Positions 9,424 to 20,432 are shown, counted from the stretch's first letter. The stretch: DNA of 64,000 nt from Nitrospirota bacterium (GCA_963845065.1 CAWJQQ010000008.1:160001-224000); one strand, 5' to 3'. Numbers and translations: made by a program. The notes: a model not told the origin generated them from the sequence alone.

Positions 9424-11385
9424 ATGCCAAAAAAATTTTATATAACGACACCGATCTATTACGTAAACGACATACCACACATCGGCCACGCCTATACCAC
9501 GATTGCAGCGGACACACTGGCTCGCTACCATCGTCTCAGGGGCGATTTGGTATTTTTCCTTACGGGCACCGACGAGCACGGCCAGAAGGTCGAAAAAGCG
9601 GCACTTGATCGCGGTTTGACGCCGAAGGCGCACGCGGACCTTATGACCGTAAACTTTAAGAATCTCTGGCATAAGCTAGAGATATCGAACGATGCTTTCA
9701 TTCGCACGACGGACAATGATCACATCGCCGTTGTTCAGGAGTTGCTGCAGAAACTCTTTGACAAGGGCGAGATCGAAAGACGGACCTACGAAGGATGGTA
9801 CTGCACGCCGGATGAACGGTTTTGGACAGCGAAGGAGATAGTCGAGGGAAAATGCCCGGACTGCGGCAGGCTTGTTGAGCGCATCACCGAGGACAACTAT
9901 TTTTTCCTCATGAGCAAGTATCAGGAGCGGCTCGTTGCCCATATCGAAGAGAACCCGCACTACATCAGGCCTGAGAGTCGGCGGAACGAGGTGCTAGGCT
10001 TTCTCAAAACGCAGCAACTTGGTGACCTTTGCATCTCACGGCCCAAGGCACGGCTCTCCTGGGGAATAGATCTGCCCTTTGACAGAGATTTTGTTACGTA
10101 CGTCTGGTTTGATGCGCTCGTGAACTACTATTCCGCCACACGTTACCTGAGCCCGTTGACCGAAGGTGCCAGCACGTCCGAAGAGCGGGAAAAAACATGG
10201 TGGCCTGCAGAACATCACCTCGTGGGTAAGGACATTCTGACTACGCACAGTGTATACTGGTCCACGATGCTTATGGCTCTTGATCTTCCGTTACCAGGCA
10301 ACATTTTCGCCCACGGCTGGTGGACGCGGGATGGGAAGAAGATGTCCAAATCTCTAGGAAACGTGATAGACCCAAACGAGATTGCCGATGCCTATGGAGT
10401 AGATTCATTCCGTTACTTCGTACTGCGGGAAGTGCCCTTTGGTCTCGACGGTGATTTCTCAATCGTGACGTTCACCACGCGATTTAATACTGAACTCGCG
10501 AATGATCTCGGGAATCTTCTATCGAGGGTCGTCACGATGATTAATAAGTATTTTGATGGGAAGGTCCCGCCAGCACGGATTGAACAACCCATCGATATCG
10601 AGCTGCGCGAAATGGCAGCGTCGATACCTTTGAAGATCGATGAGGACTTAGCGTCGCTAGCTTTTACGAAATACCTTCAGGACATTTGGAGCATTGTAAC
10701 GCGAGCGAATCGCTACGTGGAGGAGAATGCGCCCTGGACACTCGCGAAGAAGAACGACCTGGCTCGGCTCGGTAGCGTGCTTTACAACCTCTCAGAATCA
10801 CTCCGGTTGATTGGCCTCTACCTCTTCCCGGTCATGCCGTCGACGTCGCAGAAGATATGGAACGCTCTCGGGGTAAACAAGCAGGTGAGCGCATGTCGTA
10901 TGCACGATGAAAATCAGTGGGGGAAATTAGCAGTTGGGAACGTTATTCAGCCGGGCGCTCAATTATTTCCGCGGGTTGATCAAAAAAAAGCATCGGAGAA
11001 AAAGATGGACAAGACAGAAGAATCACAGAAACCCACATCGAAACCCGAAGTTGCCGGGCCCGAACTCATTGGGATAGAAGATTTTATGAAAGTCGACCTC
11101 CGCGTTGGTAAGATCGTATCAGCCGAACGTGTTGAGAAGTCCGAGAAACTTATTAAGCTCAAAGTTGACATTGGCACGGAAACGCGCCAGGTCGTTGCGG
11201 GCATCGGCAAAAGCTATACGCCTGACAATCTGCTGGGGAAGTCTATTGTAATCGTAGCAAACCTGAAACCGGCCAAGCTCATGGGTATCGAATCTCGGGG
11301 CATGCTTCTGGCCGCGAGTAATGGGGACGTACTTGCCGTGGCCACCTTTGATCGGGAAACAAAGCAGGGGAGCAGGATTAAATAA
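9424..11385 (+). CDS. metG: Methionine--tRNA ligase
   Basis: YITTPIYY, HIGH, KMSKS, C-terminal tRNA-binding domain (DLRVG). Confidence 0.97.
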   Translation: MPKKFYITTPIYYVNDIPHIGHAYTTIAADTLARYHRLRGDLVFFLTGTDEHGQKVEKAALDRGLTPKAHADLMTVNFKNLWHKLEISNDAFIRTTDNDHIAVVQELLQKLFDKGEIERRTYEGWYCTPDERFWTAKEIVEGKCPDCGRLVERITEDNYFFLMSKYQERLVAHIEENPHYIRPESRRNEVLGFLKTQQLGDLCISRPKARLSWGIDLPFDRDFVTYVWFDALVNYYSATRYLSPLTEGASTSEEREKTWWPAEHHLVGKDILTTHSVYWSTMLMALDLPLPGNIFAHGWWTRDGKKMSKSLGNVIDPNEIADAYGVDSFRYFVLREVPFGLDGDFSIVTFTTRFNTELANDLGNLLSRVVTMINKYFDGKVPPARIEQPIDIELREMAASIPLKIDEDLASLAFTKYLQDIWSIVTRANRYVEENAPWTLAKKNDLARLGSVLYNLSESLRLIGLYLFPVMPSTSQKIWNALGVNKQVSACRMHDENQWGKLAVGNVIQPGAQLFPRVDQKKASEKKMDKTEESQKPTSKPEVAGPELIGIEDFMKVDLRVGKIVSAERVEKSEKLIKLKVDIGTETRQVVAGIGKSYTPDNLLGKSIVIVANLKPAKLMGIESRGMLLAASNGDVLAVATFDRETKQGSRIK

Positions 11386-11521
11386 GCCTATAGCGAGATG
11401 AGGGATGATGGCGGCGCAGACTACATAATGCAACTCTAATTCTGAATCGTTCGTAGTACATTTAGCTTTTAGTCGTGTTAATCCTACCAATTTAGGTTTT
11501 TCTCAGAGGTATATTAACAAT

Positions 11522-12892
11522 ATGTTTATTGACAGTCACGCGCATTTAGAAATGCGCGAGTTCAATGATGACCGCGAGGATGTTATCAAACGGGCACGGG
11601 AAGCGGGAGTCGAATACATCATCACGGTAGGGACCACGATTGAATCGAGCCGAGACGCGGTGGTCCTGGCGGATAAGTATGACTTTATCTACGCAGCGAT
11701 CGGAATCCATCCTTATGAAGTGAAGGATATTCTTCACCCGGCCTACGATATCCTCAGGCACTTTGCACAGCATAAAAAGGTCGTGGCATACGGCGAGATC
11801 GGGCTTGACTATCACTACGAACATTCGCTGCGCTCGGACCAAAAGAGAAAATTTCGCGACATGCTGCGAGAAGCTAGGGAACTCGATCTGCCCGTCATTG
11901 TGCACGACCGCGACGCCCATGAAGATACTCTACAGATCATCTCGGAAGAATGGTCGCCGGACCTCGGAGGGGTTTTGCACTGCTTCTCCGGCGATGCAGC
12001 CATGGCAAAGAGTGCGGTCGAGATGGGATTCTCCATTTCCATAGCCGGACCAGTCACCTTCCCAAAAGCGGAATCATTGCGAGAAGCCGTCAAACAGATA
12101 CCGATCGAGCACCTATTGATAGAAACCGACGCTCCCTACCTTGCGCCGCAACCTGTCCGAGGCAAGCGGAACGAACCGGCCTTCGTTCGCCATACGGCAG
12201 AGGCGATTGCCGCCATCAAAGGGCTCTCTGTGGACGATGTTGCTCGGATCACCAGCTTTAATGCCATGCAGCTCTTCGGTATTGGAACGCTCCCCGAACG
12301 CGGTCAGATAGCCTATCCTATACGTAATTCCCTCTATCTCAATATTACGAACCGGTGCACGGCTGCCTGCGTGTTCTGCGTACGCTATCACACCGATTTT
12401 GTGAAGGGTCATAATCTCCGGCTTGGAGAAGAGCCTACCGCCGATGAGTTGATCACGGAAATTGGCGACCCGACGCGTTATGGGGAAATCGTGTTTTGCG
12501 GCTATGGTGAACCGCTGCTGCGACTTGATACTGTCAAGACCGTGGCCGCAAGAGTAAAACAGAAGGGCGGAAGAGTACGAGTCGACACGAACGGACATGG
12601 CAACCTAGTTCATAAGCGGAACATCTTGCCCGAGCTTGCCGGGCTTGTGGACTCTGTGAGCGTGAGTTTAAACGCCCACAATGCGGAAGCCTATTTTAAG
12701 ATCAGCCAACCGAAATTCGGCATCGAAACATACGAAGCGGTCAAAGAGTTCATCCGTGAAGCGAGGAAATACATTCCCGATGTAACGGCCACCGTTGTCT
12801 CAGCGCCGGAAGTCGATGTTGAAGCCTGTCGTACAATCGCTGAAAAACTTGGAGCACGGTTCCGTGTACGCGAGTACAATGTAGTAGGCTAG
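11522..12892 (+). CDS. tatD: TatD-family DNase fused to a TatD-associated radical SAM domain
   Basis: DSHAH, GIHP, GEIGLDY, HCFSG, ETDAPY, then LNITNRCTAACVFC (CxxxCxxC) and FCGYGEP. Confidence 0.92.
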   Translation: MFIDSHAHLEMREFNDDREDVIKRAREAGVEYIITVGTTIESSRDAVVLADKYDFIYAAIGIHPYEVKDILHPAYDILRHFAQHKKVVAYGEIGLDYHYEHSLRSDQKRKFRDMLREARELDLPVIVHDRDAHEDTLQIISEEWSPDLGGVLHCFSGDAAMAKSAVEMGFSISIAGPVTFPKAESLREAVKQIPIEHLLIETDAPYLAPQPVRGKRNEPAFVRHTAEAIAAIKGLSVDDVARITSFNAMQLFGIGTLPERGQIAYPIRNSLYLNITNRCTAACVFCVRYHTDFVKGHNLRLGEEPTADELITEIGDPTRYGEIVFCGYGEPLLRLDTVKTVAARVKQKGGRVRVDTNGHGNLVHKRNILPELAGLVDSVSVSLNAHNAEAYFKISQPKFGIETYEAVKEFIREARKYIPDVTATVVSAPEVDVEACRTIAEKLGARFRVREYNVVG

Positions 12893-13328
12893 GTTTTTAC
12901 TACCTTCGTTAATGCCAGGCTAGCTATATAAACAACATGCTTCCTGTCAGAAAAATCGTATTTTAATACTACCTTCCAATCCAACGGTCTAGTAATGATC
13001 AACAATCAATTGAATAATAGATGATTATTATGAAACTGGGAGTATGGGCTAAACAACAGGAAATAAATGCACAAAACTATGGTTTCTGAAACTGATCATG
13101 TTTATCATGATTAAAGTTGTCATTCTATCTATTCGTTTCGTCATACTTTTGGCCATGAATGCACTGCCGTCTTCTTGTAGGAGATATTGAATTTTGCATC
13201 TACCAACCAATCCGATAAGTATTATAGTGGAAAATCAAACTCCGTGAAAATACTTGTTTTTTTACGGTCTATTGTTTATAATAATAGTTCTAGTTTAGAT
13301 AACGTTAACGGGACGTGGAGGTTTTGCT

Positions 13329-13622
13329 ATGCCGAATTACGAGTATGAATGCAGGAGCTGTGGCGGCCGTTTCGAGGTTATCCGGAAATTTAGTGATCCC
13401 GTGCTTAAGGTGTGCAAGCTATGTAATGCCGAAAACCTACGAAAGGTTCTTTCACCAACGTCATTTGTGCTGAAGGGAAACGGGTGGTATGCGACGGATT
13501 ATCCTTCTCAGGACCGCAAATCATCAGATGCTAGTGCTACAGAAAAACCAAAAGAAGAGGCAAAGCCGCTGGCTGGGTGCCCCGCAGGCAACTGTTCGGG
13601 CGCTTGCCCATCCAAAGGCTGA
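13329..13622 (+). CDS. FmdB-family zinc-ribbon protein
   Basis: MPNYEYECRSCG...CKLC...FVLKGNGWYATDY. Confidence 0.9.
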   Translation: MPNYEYECRSCGGRFEVIRKFSDPVLKVCKLCNAENLRKVLSPTSFVLKGNGWYATDYPSQDRKSSDASATEKPKEEAKPLAGCPAGNCSGACPSKG

Positions 13623-13628
13623 GCTTTG

Positions 13629-14399
13629 ATGGAACCACTTCACGTCCATATCCCGTTTCCTGCACTGCAGGATTTCTTTGAAATGATTCGCCGCCGCCGC
13701 TATGATCTTGAGATCTATTTTTCATCGGCTGTGCTTGATCAGATCGAGAAGCCGGATTTGGAGAACTTGCTGGAACGGCTTGATTGGAATCCCGCGCTAT
13801 CTCTCCACGCGCCGTTTATGGACCTGAATCCTGGCGCGGTGGACCCTATGGTGCGGTCCGTCACACAGGTCCGTTTCCGTCAACTTCTGAATGTTGCTGC
13901 CATCCTCAAGCCGCGCTCCGTCGTGTTTCACGCTGCCTACGACAAATGGCGCTACAGCGGCAGAAAAGATATTTGGCTTGAAAACAGCATCGACGCTTGG
14001 CAGAAAGTCATGGAATCGGCATCGAAGATAGGCTTCCGCGTGGCTATCGAGAACGTATTCGACGACGACCCCGAAGCGCTCCGGATGCTGATCGAGAAGA
14101 TCGATAATCGGGACTTCGGGTTTTGCTTTGACACGGGTCACTTCAACCTCTTTTCCAGAGTTCCGCTAGAGCAATGGTTCATGGCCCTCGGTCGTCATCT
14201 CGTTGAAGTGCATTTGCACGATAACGACGGGAAGACCGACTCGCACAGTGCAATCGGCAGTGGGAACATAGATTTTAGGAAGTTTTTTGACTTGATGAAG
14301 ACTCATGCGGCCAAACCGGTTTTTACGATTGAAGCGCATGACAAAGACGGTATCGAAACAAGTTTGGAACACGTAAAGACGCTCATGAACTTGCAGTAA
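13629..14399 (+). CDS. Sugar-phosphate isomerase/epimerase (AP endonuclease 2 / xylose isomerase TIM-barrel family)
   Basis: SLHAP, IEN, DTGH, HLHDNDG...DSH, IE metal ligands. Confidence 0.85.
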   Translation: MEPLHVHIPFPALQDFFEMIRRRRYDLEIYFSSAVLDQIEKPDLENLLERLDWNPALSLHAPFMDLNPGAVDPMVRSVTQVRFRQLLNVAAILKPRSVVFHAAYDKWRYSGRKDIWLENSIDAWQKVMESASKIGFRVAIENVFDDDPEALRMLIEKIDNRDFGFCFDTGHFNLFSRVPLEQWFMALGRHLVEVHLHDNDGKTDSHSAIGSGNIDFRKFFDLMKTHAAKPVFTIEAHDKDGIETSLEHVKTLMNLQ

Positions 14400-14540
14400 C
14401 AATACATTGCCGTGAGAGGGTTTTCTCCGTTGGTGCACGTTTTTTTATCACCATGTCTTAAGCGCGCGGGGAAACTGCATACTCTCTGCTGAGGGATGTT
14501 TACCTTGACACTCATTAACCGTTCGCTTAGACTAGTACTT

Positions 14541-16292
14541 ATGAATAAATTTGCGCTTATCTCACTGTTTCTCATGGTATCAACAGGCTGCGCAACCCTG
14601 CCAGCCAGTATGCAGCAAGTAACAACAGGAACCATCAGTCCCGATGTTCAGACTAAGGCAGACGCCGATTACCACTTCATGGTTGGCAGCCTCCGCGAGC
14701 AGGATGGCGATTTTGATGCAGCGCTAAAAGAATATGAGCAGGCGTACCGCCTCAACCCGAGTGATGCGGAGATTGCCCTGTCGCTAGCAGCACTTTCGTT
14801 GAGCAGGGGGCAACTGGACCAAGCTACGTTATATGCAAAGAAAGCCGTCGAACTTCAGCCTGACAAGACTCAGACGCTTATGTTGCTTGCCGGTATATAT
14901 ACGGGGGCAAAGAAGTATGATGATGCGATTAGTGCATACCGACGTATAATCGCAATTGATCCCAAGCTGGAGGATGCGTACATCTATCTCGGGTCGCTCC
15001 TGGCCTCTCTGAAACGGTATGATGAAGCGGTCGAGACGCTCCGATCCCTTGAGAAGGTCAATCCCACTACGCTCATGTCTCCTTATTACCTCGGTAGGAT
15101 ATACATGGAGCGTCATATGTATCCTGAGGCTCTAGAAGAATTCAACCAGGCGATATCTCTCCGGGACGACTTTGAGCCCGCCTACACTAGCATAGGGTTC
15201 GTCTATGAACTAATGGGCAAGATGCCCGAGGCTATCGAGGCATACAAGAAGTCCGTGGCCCTTAATCCTAATAACGTAGAAATCATGCAGCATCTCGGCC
15301 AGCTATTTATCCAGCAGAACGCGCTGGCTGATGCATTAGAACAGTTCGAGCGGATTGTTGCCCTTGATCCGAACAATTATGACGCCTATATCAAAATCGG
15401 GCTCATTCGTTCCGAGCAAAAGAATTATGAGCAGGCTGTTATTGCATTCAGGAAAGTTGCGAAGGCGGTGCCAAGCGATCTCAAAGTAAAGCGGTACCTG
15501 GCCTCGACCCTTGTTGCTTCGGCTCACTACGAGGAGGCACTCAAGGAATATCAGTCCCTCCTTGCAGCCGCGCCTGACGATCTCGATACAATTCTTCAAA
15601 TTTCTTACCTCTACGCACAGACAGGCAAGACAGCGGAGGCGATCCCGCTCCTGGAAAAAGCGCTGGCGGAACAACCCGGGAAACCTGAACTCTACCTCTA
15701 TCTTGCCAATGCCTACATGGATGGAGAAAAATACCAGAAAGCTGTCGATATCCTGCGACAGGGACTCCGCATGGCCCCAGACCGTGATGATCTGCTGTTC
15801 AGCCTTGCGGTGGCATACGAAAAACTCGGGAAGCGAGACGAAATGATCGCGTCGCTCAAGAGAACGATCGAACTGAAGCCCGACAATGCTGATGCGCTCA
15901 ATTATCTTGGGTATGTCTATGCCGAAAAAGGAGAGCACCTCGACGAAGCCATTCAGTTAATCAAACAGGCGCTCCTGATCAAACCTGATAATGGATATAT
16001 CCTTGACAGTCTTGCCTGGGCGTATTATCAAAAGGGTATGTTGAAAGAGGCGTTCGAAGTTATGCAAAAGGCAATGGTGAAGACCGCGACAGACGATCCC
16101 GTGATGCACGAACACTATGGCGATATTTTCCTGAAATTATCGGATAAAGACAAGGCTAGAGAACAGTGGCTCAAGTCCTTGGAGTTGGATCCCACAAACC
16201 AGAAGCTACGCGAGAGGTTTAAAGCGGCCGGGTTCGGGAATCCCGACGATTTGCTGAAAGATGTAAAGCCGGGGAAGAAAGACAATAAGTGA
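14541..16292 (+). CDS. Tetratricopeptide-repeat lipoprotein
   Basis: Signal peptide ending STGC; many TPR repeats; ALNYLGY and DSLAWAYY C-terminal motifs. Confidence 0.9.
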   Translation: MNKFALISLFLMVSTGCATLPASMQQVTTGTISPDVQTKADADYHFMVGSLREQDGDFDAALKEYEQAYRLNPSDAEIALSLAALSLSRGQLDQATLYAKKAVELQPDKTQTLMLLAGIYTGAKKYDDAISAYRRIIAIDPKLEDAYIYLGSLLASLKRYDEAVETLRSLEKVNPTTLMSPYYLGRIYMERHMYPEALEEFNQAISLRDDFEPAYTSIGFVYELMGKMPEAIEAYKKSVALNPNNVEIMQHLGQLFIQQNALADALEQFERIVALDPNNYDAYIKIGLIRSEQKNYEQAVIAFRKVAKAVPSDLKVKRYLASTLVASAHYEEALKEYQSLLAAAPDDLDTILQISYLYAQTGKTAEAIPLLEKALAEQPGKPELYLYLANAYMDGEKYQKAVDILRQGLRMAPDRDDLLFSLAVAYEKLGKRDEMIASLKRTIELKPDNADALNYLGYVYAEKGEHLDEAIQLIKQALLIKPDNGYILDSLAWAYYQKGMLKEAFEVMQKAMVKTATDDPVMHEHYGDIFLKLSDKDKAREQWLKSLELDPTNQKLRERFKAAGFGNPDDLLKDVKPGKKDNK

Positions 16293-17047
16293 AAATCTCC
16301 AGGTTTATCATCCTCGTAACCATACTTCTCCTTTGCTCCTGCCTTCCCAAAAAACCGGAAACTCCCCTTACATCTATGCCTGCGGGACCTCTGCTCGAGG
16401 TCCTAGAACGCCATCAGCAGTCATTCGCAAGCCTCAAATCCGTGGCGAGGCTTGAAATTATCAAACGAGGTCACAAACGGGCGCTAGATTCTGTTGGTAT
16501 TGTCATAGATGGAGATACACGGCTTAGGATGGAGGCCTACGGTCCTCTTGGGCAATCACTGATGGCGCTTGTCTGGGATGGACGAGACATTCTCCTTCGC
16601 ATGCCAGGGGAAGAAAAAGTTACGCGGTCAGGGCCTGCAGGCTTGGATAAACTTTTCGGGAAAGGCTTGGAGCCATCTGAACTCTGTGCTGTGCTTTCCG
16701 GGAACATTCCCGGGATAGCCTCGCCGCCTTCTGCCTTGCTGCTGTGTGGACAGCAAAATGATTGCACTTTGGAATTGCGCTACGACGACGTTATTCGCCG
16801 CGTTTTTCTAAATATTTCTTCGACTGGTTCGAATCAGGAACCCCGTGTTCTTTCCCAGGAACTGTATCGGGCAGGCAAGCTTGTGTATGAGGTCAAGTAC
16901 GAGCGAACCCAGGAAATATCACATTATCGACTTCCGCTCGACATCGTAGTGGAGATCCCGGATAAGAACCTACAACTGACAGTGCACTATTCCGATGTGG
17001 AAGTGAATACACCGTTGAGCGCGGAATCGTTTATACTTACCGATTAA
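16289..17047 (+). CDS. LolA/LolB-fold (DUF4292-like) lipoprotein
   Basis: Lipobox LCSC; LRMEAYGPLG motif; occupies the lolB position between the TPR gene and ispE. Confidence 0.65.
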   Translation: MKISRFIILVTILLLCSCLPKKPETPLTSMPAGPLLEVLERHQQSFASLKSVARLEIIKRGHKRALDSVGIVIDGDTRLRMEAYGPLGQSLMALVWDGRDILLRMPGEEKVTRSGPAGLDKLFGKGLEPSELCAVLSGNIPGIASPPSALLLCGQQNDCTLELRYDDVIRRVFLNISSTGSNQEPRVLSQELYRAGKLVYEVKYERTQEISHYRLPLDIVVEIPDKNLQLTVHYSDVEVNTPLSAESFILTD

Positions 17048-17177
17048 GGCGACACGAAAGATCATAACCACCGTTAGCAAAGAACGTCTTTGTGAAGAAA
17101 GCTGCGAAGTTTTTTTCGAAGAGCGGGTGACTATTTGTGCTCAGAAGAGGGATAATATATAAAGAGAAAGGAGTGAT

Positions 17178-18041
17178 ATGAATTTGATCACACTTCGGTC
17201 TCCGGCGAAAATAAACCTTTGTCTTTCTGTGCTCGGGAAACGAGCCGATGGATACCATGAGGTTGAAATGCTGATGCAGATGGTGGGCCTCTACGACGAG
17301 ATCACAGTTACGCACGCAGGATCGGGCATCAGCGTACACTGCGATGGTGACGTGGCACCGTCTGGGGAAAAAAATACAGCCTGGAAAGCCGCTAAGGAGT
17401 TGCTAAAGGCCGCTGGCAGGAAAGAAGGGTTATCTATCTGCATAAAAAAGAACATTCCCGTTGCGGCAGGCCTTGCAGGAGGGAGTGGTAATGCTGCTGC
17501 TGTTCTTGTGGCTACAAACAGGCTGCTCGGAACGAGTTGCAACCGGGATGACTTGGCGGAAATTGGGTCGAAAGTAGGAATGGATGTTCCATTTTTTTTC
17601 TTCGGCCCTACAGCATTTGCACGGGGAAGAGGGGAATGCGTAACTCCTTTGCCTGCTGTTTCGAAATTCTGGGTTCTGCTGGTCAATCCGGGATTTGAAA
17701 CGTCAACAGCGTGGGTATACAATAACTTAAATTTGAGGTTGACAAAGAAAGTTGACTGTACTAAAATTGCAAGGCTTACGGTCCAAAATATCGCCGAAAG
17801 GCTTCATAATGACTTGGAGTCAGTGACTGCAACCGCTCATCCGGTAATCGGCACGATCAAAGAAGCCTTAGTGGCCCAGGGAGCTCTCGGTGTTCGCATG
17901 AGCGGAAGCGGGCCGACGGTTTTCGGTATTTTTAAGACAGAAACTCTATGCCAGGCTGCCGCACATAATCTCTCCGAAAGCGGGTGGCGTCTATACCCAA
18001 CGGAGACATTGACCGAATCGCCGTTTGCGGAGTATCTCTAG
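17178..18041 (+). CDS. ispE: 4-diphosphocytidyl-2-C-methyl-D-erythritol kinase
   Basis: PAKINL, KNIPVAAGLAGGS, MSGSG. Confidence 0.96.
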   Translation: MNLITLRSPAKINLCLSVLGKRADGYHEVEMLMQMVGLYDEITVTHAGSGISVHCDGDVAPSGEKNTAWKAAKELLKAAGRKEGLSICIKKNIPVAAGLAGGSGNAAAVLVATNRLLGTSCNRDDLAEIGSKVGMDVPFFFFGPTAFARGRGECVTPLPAVSKFWVLLVNPGFETSTAWVYNNLNLRLTKKVDCTKIARLTVQNIAERLHNDLESVTATAHPVIGTIKEALVAQGALGVRMSGSGPTVFGIFKTETLCQAAAHNLSESGWRLYPTETLTESPFAEYL

Positions 18042-18117
18042 GAAAGAGGACACCGTCGGTCTGATGGTGTGCACCTCCGATCAGATATCCATCTGTCAAC
18101 CATGAGGGGGGTAGCAT

Positions 18118-18417
18118 ATGGAAATTACAGAGGTGAGGGTATTTCCGGTCAATAATGAAGAGCGACTCAAGGCTTATGCAACTATAACAATAGATAATGT
18201 GTTCTTAATTCGGGACCTGCGCGTAATTAATGGGAATGCAGGGCTATTCGTGGCAATGCCGAGCCGCAAGATGAAAGACGGGACGTTCAAGGATATAGCG
18301 CATCCGCTGAACAGCGAGACAAGGCAGATGATCGAAAAGAAAGTCCTCGCCGAATACGAACGAGAATTGGCGAATCCCACCAAAAGAGAACAGACCCCGA
18401 AAGATTCAGCAGCATAG
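18118..18417 (+). CDS. spoVG: Septation regulator SpoVG
   Basis: MEITEVRV, FVAMPS, FKDIAHP. Confidence 0.95.
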   Translation: MEITEVRVFPVNNEERLKAYATITIDNVFLIRDLRVINGNAGLFVAMPSRKMKDGTFKDIAHPLNSETRQMIEKKVLAEYERELANPTKREQTPKDSAA

Positions 18418-18534
18418 TAGTATCGCTGGTTTGAGTATTGCCGATTCTGCGTCTTACGCAAAGGGATAGGCACCCGCCTATCCTTTTGATATTTATTCGT
18501 TTGATCGTCGGAACATGATTTCAGCTGCCGCCAT

Positions 18535-18608
18535 TCGGGGATCGTCTAATGGTAGGACAGAGGCCTTTGAAGCCTTTAATCGGGGTTCGACTCCCTGTCC
18601 CCGAACCA
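18535..18608 (+). tRNA. tRNA-Gln (anticodon TTG)
   Basis: Acceptor TCGGGGA/TCCCCGA plus ACCA; anticodon arm GAGGC-CTTTGAA-GCCTT; GGTTCGACTCC T-loop; usual position before prs. Confidence 0.96.
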
Positions 18609-18630
18609 TAATACTCGAGATGAGGTTTTC

Positions 18631-19584
18631 ATGGTGAAACTGAGAGGTCAAGAGATAAAAGTTTTTAGCGGCAACGCCAATACTGCGTTGGCGAAGGAGA
18701 TTTGCCGGCAGATGAACCTCCCGCTGGGAAACGCCGTGGTCGGTCAGTTCAGCGACGGTGAAATCAATGTCCAGATCGTGGACAATGTCCGCGGCATGGA
18801 CGTGTTTATTGTGCAGCCGACATCGAGTCCGGTGAACAGGCATCTCATGGAACTCCTGATTATGATCGATGCGCTTAAGAGGGCTTCGGCAGCTAGGATT
18901 ACCGCAGTGCTGCCATACTATGGGTACAGCAGACAGGACCGCAAGGTGCAGCCTCGTGTTCCAATTACGTCGAAGCTTGTGGCTGACTTGATCACCGCAG
19001 CCGGAGCGAACCGAGTGCTGACCATGGATCTGCACGCCGGACAGATTCAGGGTTTCTTCAACATCCCCGTGGACAATCTGTTCGCCGCGCCGGTGCTCTT
19101 GGATTATATCCGGTCAAAAAAATTCACAAATCTCACGGTAGTGTCACCTGACGCCGGTGGAGTGGAAAGGGCCAGGGCATTTGCCAAGCGACTGAATGCC
19201 ACGCTCGCCATTATTGACAAGCGGCGGGATAAGCCGAACGAAGCCCAGGTAATGCACATCATCGGCGACGTTAAGGGTCATGACTGTTTGTTACTCGATG
19301 ACATGGTGGATACGGCAGGAACACTGACTGAAGGCGTATCAGCGCTGAAGGCAAATGGGGCTGGTATTATTAGTGCGGCATGTTCCCATGCCATACTCTC
19401 TGGCCCGGCGATCAAGCGTATAAATGATTCAGCACTTGACGAACTTATTACTACGAACACAATTTCTCTGGACTGCAAACAGCAGGAATGTAAAAAACTG
19501 ATTGTACTATCCGTTGCATTGATTTTTTCGGAAGCGATTACACGTATCCACGAAGAAACCTCGCTTAGTTCATTGTTTGTGTGA
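18631..19584 (+). CDS. prs: Ribose-phosphate pyrophosphokinase
   Basis: FSDGE, YYGYSRQDRK, VSPDAGG, DDMVDTAGT. Confidence 0.97.
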   Translation: MVKLRGQEIKVFSGNANTALAKEICRQMNLPLGNAVVGQFSDGEINVQIVDNVRGMDVFIVQPTSSPVNRHLMELLIMIDALKRASAARITAVLPYYGYSRQDRKVQPRVPITSKLVADLITAAGANRVLTMDLHAGQIQGFFNIPVDNLFAAPVLLDYIRSKKFTNLTVVSPDAGGVERARAFAKRLNATLAIIDKRRDKPNEAQVMHIIGDVKGHDCLLLDDMVDTAGTLTEGVSALKANGAGIISAACSHAILSGPAIKRINDSALDELITTNTISLDCKQQECKKLIVLSVALIFSEAITRIHEETSLSSLFV

Positions 19585-19653
19585 TGCAATTCAACAGTTT
19601 AAACCGTTTAAACTGATCAAGCCGTTTAAACGGCGTTTACGTATGGAGGAGAA

Positions 19654-20403
19654 ATGGAAAAAATAGCATTAACAGCACAGGTCAGGGAAAAGGCGGGCAA
19701 AGGAGTTGCGAGGGGTCTGAGGCGGAACCAGATGGTACCGGCAGTACTCTACAGCCATGGCAAGTCCATGCCCATCTCGATGGGGAACAGGGATGTGACG
19801 AAAATCCTTAATAGCGAGGGTGGCGAGCATGCGCTCATCAACCTGAAGGTCGAGGGCGGCAAAGGAGGGGTGGAAAAACTGGCGTTGATTAAGGACTACC
19901 AGATAGATCCGCGGAACGGCGAACTCATTCATGTCGATCTTATGGAAATCGCGATGAACGAGAAAGTGAAAATATCGGTAGCCGTGCACCTTGCCGGTTC
20001 GTCCATCGGCGTGAAGGAGGGCGGTATCCTTCAGCACAGTTTGCGCGAACTTGAGATCGAGTGTTTACCGACCCAGATACCGGAGCACTTGGAGATCAAT
20101 GTCTCCGCACTCAAGATCAACGAGTCGCTCCACGTGAGGGACATTAAGGTGGCTGAGGGTGTCAAGATAATTACCGAGGGTGACGCAACGATTGTGACCA
20201 TTCAGCCCCCGATCTCAGATGCAAAGCTGGAGGCAATGTTGACTGCTGCACCGGTTGTCGCAACTGAGGCAGGTGAGCCAGAACTCGTCAAGAAGCCCAA
20301 GAAAGAAGGCGAAGTGGCGGCAGCTGCTCCGGCTGCCGAGGTCAAGGGCAAGGAAGCAGCGCCGAAAGAGGCTCCCAAGAAAGAAGCCGCTCCAAAGAAG
20401 TAA
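19654..20403 (+). CDS. rplY: 50S ribosomal protein L25 / Ctc (long form)
   Basis: GKGVARGLRR..VPAVLY, HVDL, GVKEGG; Ala/Lys/Glu-rich tail. Confidence 0.95.
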   Translation: MEKIALTAQVREKAGKGVARGLRRNQMVPAVLYSHGKSMPISMGNRDVTKILNSEGGEHALINLKVEGGKGGVEKLALIKDYQIDPRNGELIHVDLMEIAMNEKVKISVAVHLAGSSIGVKEGGILQHSLRELEIECLPTQIPEHLEINVSALKINESLHVRDIKVAEGVKIITEGDATIVTIQPPISDAKLEAMLTAAPVVATEAGEPELVKKPKKEGEVAAAAPAAEVKGKEAAPKEAPKKEAAPKK

Positions 20404-20432
20404 GATAGCGAGAGCTGTTTTCCGGGGATTGC

